NCBI GenBank assembly: GCA_965644495.1
Contig: CBFFSA010000002.1
Span: 744,001 to 808,000, forward strand
DNA: 64,000 bases
Reading direction: 5' to 3'
Source: Perkinsela sp. CCAP 1560/9
Taxonomy: Eukaryota > Protista > Euglenozoa: Kinetoplastea
In this document: positions 55,853-64,000 of the stretch, piece by piece
Position numbering within the stretch: position 1 is the first letter of the stretch
How the letters are laid out: each line of letters begins with the position of its first letter
The notes under the pieces: model-generated
Databases searched by the model: none
What the model was told of the DNA's origin: nothing
Seen by the model: only the letters and a program-made list of their open reading frames with translations
Program-made: the position numbers and the translations under genes

Positions 55853-56520
55853 CTATGGGTTTGAAGAAAAGAATATTGTCAACAAGAGCTGCGTAGGATC
55901 ATTTGAGGACCCAGGCCTTGGGTATCGAGATGACATTGACGTGTGGGTTGTAAACTTTTCTTCAAGTAATACTTTTTCAGCATGATCTATGGCCTTGTAC
56001 TTGCCTTTTTGTTTATGTCTTTTAAAGCTCTCTACATTGTGAATTATTAGTGCGCAGCCGTATGCATAGTAAAGCATTTGTGGGCTTTTGGTCCAATTCT
56101 TAAAAGCACACCATCGACCCGTGCACGTCGATTAAACATATGCTCGATCCTAGACCGGAAATGAGCGATGCATTCATTATAATACAACTTACTATGTGTT
56201 TCAGTCTCGTAGCTGCCATCAGATTGTCCGGACAATTTTGAAGGCCAGATTTCACGCTTTTCAAAGGGCGTAATTAGTTCTTGGCATGAAGAGAAAGTTC
56301 CATCTGCAAGGCCCCTAAGCCCGTGTGTTCGAAGGTGGTTGACGAGACCAGAGTGGTCCAGTATCACCGTATCATGTGATGCACCCCCGTACAAGGTCTC
56401 GCCGTAAAAAGACACGTACCCGGTCAGCGTACATGCCACCAAGGCCTTTGCCGCATGTGCAGAGTACTTTGGCTGTTACCACCCCGGGGTAGCGTCAATG
56501 TACAGTGTCAACCGCGATGC
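55853..56520 (-). pseudogene. PIF/Harbinger-ISL2EU (DDE_Tnp_4-like) transposase remnant
   Basis: LYIDAT, KYSAHAAKALV, GGASHD, LADGTF, LITPF, YNECIAHFRSRIEHMF. Confidence 0.82.
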
Positions 56521-56778
56521 GAACATTTGAATCAAAAAAATTAGTCGCATTGTGGTTTTCATGAAAAAGAAAATCGTCGCGAAAAGTTAACCAGTTTTCT
56601 TTGAGTAGTTAAAAAAAATTACGAAAAAAGCTTGGGATCTTCTCTGAGCACACTCGTTCACTCCATCCTCGCCCAAATTTTGCCGTCATGTGATCAGACA
56701 CCGTGGTGTACTTACCTCCGGTATAAGAAAAGAAAGGAAGAAAAAACCAGGTCATAGTCGTAGCCTAAGCGTGTGATA

Positions 56779-57517
56779 CACCCAGAAGTGTGCCCCCGGC
56801 CTGGCAAATGCCATTTTTTTTATCCATTTTTTCTCATTTTTGCAGCATTCGAGAGATCTCGTTCCCCTAGCGAAGAGCCTTGCCGCCTTTTTTTCATAGG
56901 GACCCCCTGGTGCTCTGGTGGTGACCCCAAAGTAGACCAAAAACAAAAAATGGTACATTAGGCATCTAGAAAAAAATCACCCTTTCAATGAGAAAATGAG
57001 AAAAAAGGAAGAAGTATCAATATCCGCAATGCTCCCCATTGGTCTGAATAACTATTTGCATACGTTTGGGAACAGATTTGATGGAATTCAACACTTTCTG
57101 TCTATGTGGGGCACGTTTTAGAGCATTAAACGCCTTTTCTATGGCCTTTGTCAGGGTTACATAGTTGCGTGGCTTAAAACTACAAAGTTGTGTGGATTTA
57201 TGCTGTTTGACTATCTCTGTTCGCTCCGAAATCGACAAAGCGATGTTTCGTTTATGATTTATACGAGGCGGGGTCCCCATGAAGAAAAAACAGGGAGAAA
57301 AAAAGATAATATACTAGAGAAATTGACTGTGTTCCAAAAAAATGGGCAATAAAAACATGTTTTTTGGAAACAGTGGGTACCAGGGGGTCCCTATGAAGCA
57401 AAGGCGGCAAAGCTCTTCGCTAGGGGAACGAGATCTCTCGAATGCTGCAAAAATGAGAAAAAACGGATAAAAAAATTGAAATTTGCCAGGCCGGGGGCAC
57501 ACTTCTGTCTATGGGTG
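56779..57517 (-). mobile_element. Internally deleted Tc1-like element
   Basis: Long TIRs TA-CACCCAGAAGTGTGCCCCCGGCCTGGCAAAT; ORF 57017..57280 fuses the N-terminus to the C-terminal SVPKRMQIVIQTNGEHCGY. Confidence 0.82.
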
Positions 57518-57571
57518 TATATTCAAGGGTGGCATGAGTTAGCCCACATGCACTGAGCTCAGATATGCATT

Positions 57572-57677
57572 GAGCTTTAACGATAAAGATACAGTTTCTG
57601 TACCTTGTTGGTATGAGAAGCTTCGAACTCTAAGTTCGCTTGAAGGCCCCGGTTCCCGAGAAGGGAGCTGGGGCTTA
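57572..57677 (+). ncRNA. Spliced-leader (mini-exon donor) RNA gene or pseudogene
   Basis: AACGATAAAGATACAGTTTCTGTACCTTGTTG|GTATGAGAAGCT matches the kinetoplastid SL exon core and 5' splice site (exon ends at 57610); hairpins at 57624-57638 and 57645-57675; 5' end assumes a 39-nt exon. Confidence 0.85.
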
Positions 57678-57751
57678 AAACAAAAAAGAGCGGAGGTGGC
57701 GGAGTGGGAGCGGAGGTGGCGGAGTGGCAAGAATTCAAAGTTTGAAGCACA

Positions 57752-58098
57752 TGGTGCTCAGACGGCGAGTTGAAACCCGCTCATCGCAATATTCCCGGCG
57801 GCCTCACTCTAAGAGGCTGGGCTGAGAACCGACTAGGCCCAGTACTCGGAGGACCGTCCCGGACCCTCCCCTCAGGGAACCAGCTCCCTTACCCGGCTTA
57901 AACCTCTTGGGTGGGCAGTGTTGACGTACAGTTCGTCGACGCAACGTGTTGGTAACAGCACGTTGGTGCTTTATTTTTGCACAAGCGGAAACTGGTCGAG
58001 GACGTCGGCCTCGGAACTTCCAAATCTGTCTGTGAAGGGTCTGGCTTGCCAGTGACCATCCGGAGCAATCCGGAACGATTTGGATTTGGATTTGGATT
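57752..58098. repeat. Structured GC-rich interspersed repeat, copy 2
   Basis: Reverse complement of 43431-43927 without the duplication; ends in (ATTTGG)n. Confidence 0.9.
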
Positions 58099-58870
58099 GA
58101 GCTCAGAAGGCATACCAGGAAAAATAGTAGGAGAAACAAGTTTAATCACTCGAGAAGCAACTATTGATAAGTAAGAATTGAAATTGAAATATACATTGTA
58201 TTTCAATTATTGAAATTATGATTTATTTAAGTTTAAAATTAATCATGCAGTCAAAATCTATAGAATAAGGATGTTTTGCCGAACTAATTGATTTCTAACC
58301 TATGCTGTAACTTTGGAACCTTTCCTTCCCTTAGGCCTTCCTTTCTTTTCCTTCCCTTAGGCCTTCCAATAAAATATAAAACGTAAAACTTTAGAACTAC
58401 TTATAGTTGAATAACAGAGCGTACTTCCATGGAAGCAGAAGTTTTCCCCCTCTTTTCACGTTTCGGCCTTTCTTCCCGCTCAGGACGCCTCACGTGCGTC
58501 AGCCGAATATCTCCATCCCTTTTTACAACCCCCAACTCCTTTAGACGATTTAAATACTCTTTCCTCCGAGCTAGCAAGCGCAAAGGCTTTTCTCGTGCGG
58601 GGAGATACCGTTTCTTTTCAGTGGGAATCTGCCACGCCTGTTGCTTCGTATCTCCCTCGCCCCTTTCAATCTGGTTTATTATTGTGTTCCTCTTTATATT
58701 TTCACTGTTTCTTTCAATAAACAAGGATAGAGCGGTAGTCACACAACGACCGCAATCATTATTAATGGCAGCGCGTATTTTAAAGATGCTTATGTGATAT
58801 AAGATTTTTCTCATTATTTTTGAATTGATCTGGCGACTTCTTGACGTTCGTTCTGAATCCGTTTGCTTTG

Positions 58871-61651
58871 ATGGGTTGTGCTAGTTCTAAGTCCGGCCAA
58901 GACCTACGCCCTGCGTCAACGTGCGATAATGCATCGGGGTCGAGATCTCATCTATCCGCAGAGTATGCATTGGTGGCGCCAAGATCTCCGCTGGTCACCC
59001 CGAAGGTCGCACAAGCAGCCCTGGCTGAGTCAGTGTTCGGAAGTTCGGAGAGATTTTCCTCTATTACTTCCCCCGGTAAAGCAACATCTACGACACGTCG
59101 CTGTACCCATTCCTGGTGCAAGTCTGAGATTTCTTCTGAGAACTACTTTGAGCACCAACAACAGTGTCAGCAGGAGAAGCCGATGGAATGCTTCAAGTGT
59201 GGGCAGTGCTTTATTCTACGTACGATTAAGTCCCACGCGGTGGGGTGTCACCCGGTCTGTTGTGAAGGGTGTGGTCGCGTGGTTCTGCCACGTCTGCTAA
59301 AGTACTGTCCAGAAGGGGTGTACAGCGCAAAAAGGGGGGAGGTTGTTCCCGTAGAGACCCCTTTGGCGCTTGTCGAGCGCTCGACACCCGACGGTACCTC
59401 CGAACTGGAGCACGCTGCAATCCGTATCCAGCGTACTCTTCGTCTTGCGCGATGCCGCACTATTCTAACGGAAAATATATTCCGACTGATACTACGGGAA
59501 ATGACCCTAGCGCGAGAGTCCCACATTGTCACGCAGCATCATTCGATGAACGACAAAAGTGGTCGGAACGGGGAACTCACAAACTCTTCGCGAAAAAGAT
59601 CGGCGCTGACGACACAATGCACCAAGAGTGACATTCCCGTAGACCATTATTTTCCCCGAGAGCTCACGAGTCCACTGACTATGTCTGTGGCGACGTGTAT
59701 GATGGAGGATTTCACTTCCGGTGGCCGGTTACCCTATGCCGCCGCCTGGCGGGTATGTGAGGAGGCACTGGGTCATCTTCGCTCACTGCCCAATGTCCAA
59801 CACCTGGATCCCCCAGAAGGAGCACGGAGCTACGACGGTCGCTGGACGGCGGGAGGAAAGATCGTCGTAGTGGGGGACCTGCACGGTCAGCTTCATGACT
59901 TGGTACACATCCTGCACGAGTGCGGACTCCCTGACCCTTACAAGGGGACGTACTACGTTTTCAACGGCGATTTCGTTGACCGCGGCGCTAGTAGTGTGGA
60001 GATCTTATTGCTGCTCTACACCATGATGCTCGCGTGCCCCCAGGGGGTGTTTTTAAACAGGGGCAACCATGAGGTGTACTACATGAATGAGGACTACGGG
60101 TTTGACGTGGAGGTGAGTACGAAGTATGACCGGCCGATCTACCACCTCATTCAGCGCACATTTAATGCTATTCCGCTTTGTACGTGTATTGCGCGGAAGG
60201 TACTGGTTCTCCACGGTGGCCTTCCACGCCTCCCAGGGGTTACCCTAGCGCACATTGACGCTGTTCACCGCTTTCGCCCAATGCCCATGCCGGAGTCCGA
60301 TCAATGTGCCGAGGACACCATCTTTCAGGATATCTTATGGAGTGACCCATGGGAGCAGGAGGGCCTGGGAGTGAGCGAGCGCGGTGCCGGGACATTATTT
60401 GGCCCGGACGTTACGGAGGCGTTCCTGGAGCGCAACCAGCTGTGCTTGCTGCTCCGTAGTCACGAGCCCTTTCTCCGTGGGTATGAAGAGCACCACGGGG
60501 GAAAGGTGGTCACTATCTTTAGCGCCTCCAACTACGACGGGGAGGACAGTAACCGTGCGAGCTATGCCATTGTGAATGCCTCCCGTGCGGATCAGCCCAG
60601 CTATCACTCCTACCGCGCCCATGACATGCAGGAACTCACCCTGCTGCACCCTGGGGAGGGGATTCACGGGAACTCTCCGCGGCACCCCCACCCTGGGCTC
60701 TCCCCCCACCCCGCGCACTCCTCCGCGGTAGAGGATGTGCTGCGGTACATTCGCGAGCGTATCTACGTGAAGCGACACGAGTTGCTCAAGTACTTCAACA
60801 CCATGGACGTGACGAAAAAGGGCTCGGTGTGGAAGGTGGAGTGGGTGGAGGCGATGCGCACGGTGCTGTCGATGGAGGTCCCGTGGTTCTTCCTGCGCAT
60901 CTTTCTCGCCGAGGAGGATCCGGAGACCCACCGGGTAAACTACACCCAGTTCTTGTGGCGCTACCAGAACCGTCTGATGCTGTGCTGGATGAACCAACTC
61001 GAGGGAGTGGTACTGCATAAGCTACGTGTCGCACTCCGGGACAAAAAGGAGAGATTACTGCATCAAGTCGCCGATGCCCGGGTGGTGACTTTCACCGAAT
61101 TCGAGAGTTTGTTACACAACCTTGGGATTGGACTACGTGACGCGGAGATCTTTCACCTGTTTACATTCTTTGATCGTGATTTCGACGGTTTTCTCTCCGT
61201 CCACCGTATTCTTGACTCCCTCTCCGAAACCGATCCTGATACGGAGCCCCAGGAGGAAACGCTGTGGGAGCTAGAGGTGATGCAAGAGCTGCAGAGCATT
61301 TTCATCTCCGGACGGATGAGCCTAGAGCACGTCTTCCGTGCCATGGATCGCGATGGCTCCGGAGTGCTGGACCTCGATGCCTTTGTCAAAGGGATGACCA
61401 TGTTGAATCGTGCTCTAAGCTCTCCATTGGACAACATTCAAATGCGGGAGTTGTTTAATTGTGTGGATGTGGATCAGGACGGAGAAATCTCGTTTCAAGA
61501 TTTCATAGACTCCTTCAGTGTACATGACGTTGTGTATGACGAATTGTTGGGGACGGAGTCTGAAGCGGGTACAGGCAGTTCTACAGTTGAGGCATCACTT
61601 AAAGGACCTACTGGGAGTGAAGCTTCACTTAGAGAACCTACTGGGATTTAA
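58871..61651 (+). CDS. PPEF: Ser/Thr protein phosphatase with EF-hands (PPEF/RdgC/PP7 family)
   Basis: MGCASS acylation motif; Cys/His zinc-finger region; IQ motif AAIRIQRTLR; GDLHGQ, GDFVDRG, RGNHE, SASNY; several EF-hand loops. Confidence 0.93.
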   Translation: MGCASSKSGQDLRPASTCDNASGSRSHLSAEYALVAPRSPLVTPKVAQAALAESVFGSSERFSSITSPGKATSTTRRCTHSWCKSEISSENYFEHQQQCQQEKPMECFKCGQCFILRTIKSHAVGCHPVCCEGCGRVVLPRLLKYCPEGVYSAKRGEVVPVETPLALVERSTPDGTSELEHAAIRIQRTLRLARCRTILTENIFRLILREMTLARESHIVTQHHSMNDKSGRNGELTNSSRKRSALTTQCTKSDIPVDHYFPRELTSPLTMSVATCMMEDFTSGGRLPYAAAWRVCEEALGHLRSLPNVQHLDPPEGARSYDGRWTAGGKIVVVGDLHGQLHDLVHILHECGLPDPYKGTYYVFNGDFVDRGASSVEILLLLYTMMLACPQGVFLNRGNHEVYYMNEDYGFDVEVSTKYDRPIYHLIQRTFNAIPLCTCIARKVLVLHGGLPRLPGVTLAHIDAVHRFRPMPMPESDQCAEDTIFQDILWSDPWEQEGLGVSERGAGTLFGPDVTEAFLERNQLCLLLRSHEPFLRGYEEHHGGKVVTIFSASNYDGEDSNRASYAIVNASRADQPSYHSYRAHDMQELTLLHPGEGIHGNSPRHPHPGLSPHPAHSSAVEDVLRYIRERIYVKRHELLKYFNTMDVTKKGSVWKVEWVEAMRTVLSMEVPWFFLRIFLAEEDPETHRVNYTQFLWRYQNRLMLCWMNQLEGVVLHKLRVALRDKKERLLHQVADARVVTFTEFESLLHNLGIGLRDAEIFHLFTFFDRDFDGFLSVHRILDSLSETDPDTEPQEETLWELEVMQELQSIFISGRMSLEHVFRAMDRDGSGVLDLDAFVKGMTMLNRALSSPLDNIQMRELFNCVDVDQDGEISFQDFIDSFSVHDVVYDELLGTESEAGTGSSTVEASLKGPTGSEASLREPTGI

Positions 61652-62173
61652 TAAGGCGTGCATAAACTCCTTAGTCGACCACGCCTGGACCTACATGCCA
61701 TTGACTTGAGAGTCCAGGTGCCAACACTTCTTTTTCGCTCATTACTACGAACGCTCCGCGGTCCTTGGTCGGGACATTCTCTAATGTATTATGGAAAATA
61801 TCTTTTTTCCTATTACCTACTGTATGTATAGTCATGTGTATGTGTAGTCTTCAATTTGTATGTGCTCTAGTACCAATTTCTACAACTTTTGGATTGGAAA
61901 TTGGATTTGTTCAAAACGCATGCGCTTAAGTCCATATAACGGCTATCACGATTAGTTAAGGATTTAACGTACCTTTCACTTTCCATATGATGCACCATTG
62001 CTAATAGCACTGTCGTTGTTCTTATTTTCAACAAAAAGCACGAATTTCTGTCTCCTACACCTTCCCCTCATCGTCGCCACGACCCATCGATTTCGAACCT
62101 TTTCTTGACGAAAGCACATCCACTCCCAACGCCCCCCACCTCGTCGTCTCCCTCTTCCTCTCTTTCTTTTTAA

Positions 62174-64000
62174 ATGCCCCTCACCTTGAACACTCACAAA
62201 GCCGGGCTCTCGGAGGTGGACCTTACCCGTACCGATGCCGTACTGAACAGCACACGGGCTCGCGCCTCCAAATACTACCAACACCAGGAGGCTTTAAACC
62301 AAAAGGCACAACGGCGTATTCAGCTGTGGCTTGAGAAAGTTCGACATGCTCGGTCCCAGCCTGCTTTGCTCGCACGGTGGGGGCAGGAGGTGCGGCAGGT
62401 CTACGCGGGGCTCCGGCGCCCCCCTCTCCATGAGGCGTACCTCCACATGGACATGGACGCCTTCTTCGCGAGTGTCGAGATGCGGGACTGTCCAGCCCTC
62501 GGGGACGTCCCCCTTGGCGTGGGCTCGGACTACATGCTCAGCACCAGCAACTACCACGCCCGGAGATACGGTGTGCGTGCGGGGATGCCAGGGTTCCTCG
62601 CGCGTGAGCTGTGCCCCAGCCTGGTGATTGTCCCCTGCCAGTTTGCGAAATACGAAGCTATCGGGGATTCGATTCGGCAATCCGTGCTGCGGGGGTATGA
62701 CCCGGAGTTTCGCTCCCTCTCGTGTGATGAGGCCACACTGCATCTCACTTCGTACTGTGAGGCACATGGGGTGAGTCCCGCGGAGGTGGCAGAGGGGGTG
62801 CGTACAGAGGTGTACCGTCTGACTTCCCTGACGTGTAGTGTCGGGGTTGCCCCCACCCCCTCGCTGAGTAAGCTCGCGGCGCAGGAAGAAAAGCCCAATG
62901 GCTGCTCCGTGTTGTCGTTCACGACACAAGAAGCGTTTGACGACTATGTGCGAGAGATTCCTGTACGGAAAGTGCCGTTTCTCGGCAAACGTGCTGAGGA
63001 GCAACTTCATGCGCTGCATATTTACACTCTAGGAGATATCAACACGAATAGTGCCGTTCTGTGGGGCACACTGCCACGAAAGACGGCCCTGTTCTTTCTG
63101 TCGTGTGCTCGGGGATGGGGTGGTTCTTTTCCGGATTCCTTGTGTGAAATTGGTGAGCCCTTGTCACGTCCGTCTCGGGTTCTGCGCGTTTCAAAGCACA
63201 CCGAGGATACCGAGCATTCCATTAGTAAAGAACGGACTTTTCCTCCTCCGCTAACCCGCGAGGCGTTACTTTCTCAGTTCGAAAGAGTGTTTACAAAGGT
63301 GTGGGAATACTACCTGGGAGAATATGTGGAGTCGAGCCTGTTGTCATGTGTCACCGTAAAGCTGAAGTTTACTTCCTTTGAAACAAAGCAACGATGCTTC
63401 CGACTTTCTACTCCAGTAAATGATAGAAAGGTGATTCACCAATGTGCGTACCGATTATTAGGGACAGAGGGCTTTCCGTTGGATTTAAGGTTACTAGGAA
63501 TTAAGCTTACACTCCATCCCATACGACAATCTCTACAAAGTATACTACCTCAGGCGTTTTCTGTGAAGGACGAGGAAATAGATTTCACTACCGAAGTGGC
63601 TCAATCCAGTGATATTTCCAGAGCAACTTTTACCACGTCGAGCAATCCGGAGGAGCTGAAACAAAGTTCTCTTACACAGTTCAGTGTGTTAAGGAAGCCA
63701 AATTCATCTGAGGCTTCATCTGAGCGCTTCAAATCATCTGAGGAAGTGAAGAACTCCACTTCACATGAGGGGATATTGCTGTGCTCCCTCGAGAGTGACT
63801 CCGAAGTTGAGTTTGTCGGTGTGAATGCTTCTCGAAAGGAGTCGTGCAACAAATCAAAATCCCTTTTTCAAAAACGTTATCACAAAAATACAGCTCGCAA
63901 CGAGGATATTATACCGTCCGAAAAAAGCGCAAAAAAAGCTAGAAAAGTCGGTAAAAAAGGGGAGAATAGAAAGAAAGCCGACGAAAAGGAAACCATTGTT
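62174..64000 (+). CDS. POLK: Y-family DNA polymerase kappa (DinB), runs off the window end
   Basis: Hand-translated, absent from the ORF track because no stop occurs in the window: HKAGL, HMDMDAFFASVE, STSNYHARRYGVRAGMPGF, SCDEA, TCSVG, KPNG, SISKERTF, LRLLGI. Confidence 0.93.
   Translation, partial: MPLTLNTHKAGLSEVDLTRTDAVLNSTRARASKYYQHQEALNQKAQRRIQLWLEKVRHARSQPALLARWGQEVRQVYAGLRRPPLHEAYLHMDMDAFFASVEMRDCPALGDVPLGVGSDYMLSTSNYHARRYGVRAGMPGFLARELCPSLVIVPCQFAKYEAIGDSIRQSVLRGYDPEFRSLSCDEATLHLTSYCEAHGVSPAEVAEGVRTEVYRLTSLTCSVGVAPTPSLSKLAAQEEKPNGCSVLSFTTQEAFDDYVREIPVRKVPFLGKRAEEQLHALHIYTLGDINTNSAVLWGTLPRKTALFFLSCARGWGGSFPDSLCEIGEPLSRPSRVLRVSKHTEDTEHSISKERTFPPPLTREALLSQFERVFTKVWEYYLGEYVESSLLSCVTVKLKFTSFETKQRCFRLSTPVNDRKVIHQCAYRLLGTEGFPLDLRLLGIKLTLHPIRQSLQSILPQAFSVKDEEIDFTTEVAQSSDISRATFTTSSNPEELKQSSLTQFSVLRKPNSSEASSERFKSSEEVKNSTSHEGILLCSLESDSEVEFVGVNASRKESCNKSKSLFQKRYHKNTARNEDIIPSEKSAKKARKVGKKGENRKKADEKETIV

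Noticed and set aside
20940-58800. Fanzor/TnpB or other RNA-guided nuclease cargo in the Tc1/IS630-like elements
   Set aside because: No RuvC motifs seen in any ORF

Overview
Intron-free eukaryotic DNA, almost certainly from a kinetoplastid. Every host gene lies on the + strand, as in a polycistronic unit, there is a spliced-leader (SL) RNA gene copy at ~57.6 kb, and the PPEF phosphatase is kinetoplastid-type. An early-branching, Perkinsela-like lineage is plausible but is inference only. Positions 1-20.9 kb and 58.8-64 kb are gene-dense: L-type lectin, URM1, two 5'-3' nuclease paralogues, RPL4, a CCCH/RanBP2 zinc-finger protein, COA5/PET191, PPEF and DNA polymerase kappa. Positions 20.9-58.8 kb are a nested transposon cluster holding only two probable host genes, one of them a 1006-aa protein with about 8 HMG/KAP-like boxes. 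The cluster contains hAT-like, pogo-like (with a Ulp1 protease), Tc1, Merlin and Harbinger remnants, many TA-flanked MITEs, and a VIPER-like gag-YR-RT/RNaseH retrotransposon with a long (TTAG/TCAG)n leader. The most unusual signals are: (i) GC-rich islands inside genes that flip sharply from C-rich to G-rich; (ii) a GCGAAGC DNA mini-hairpin shared by unrelated element families; (iii) a 99-bp palindrome family whose spacer occurs in both orientations relative to one flank; (iv) a structured ~350-nt repeat ending in a tRNA-like T-loop plus CCA beside a solitary SL RNA gene. All calls are by-eye motif recognition; no searches were run.
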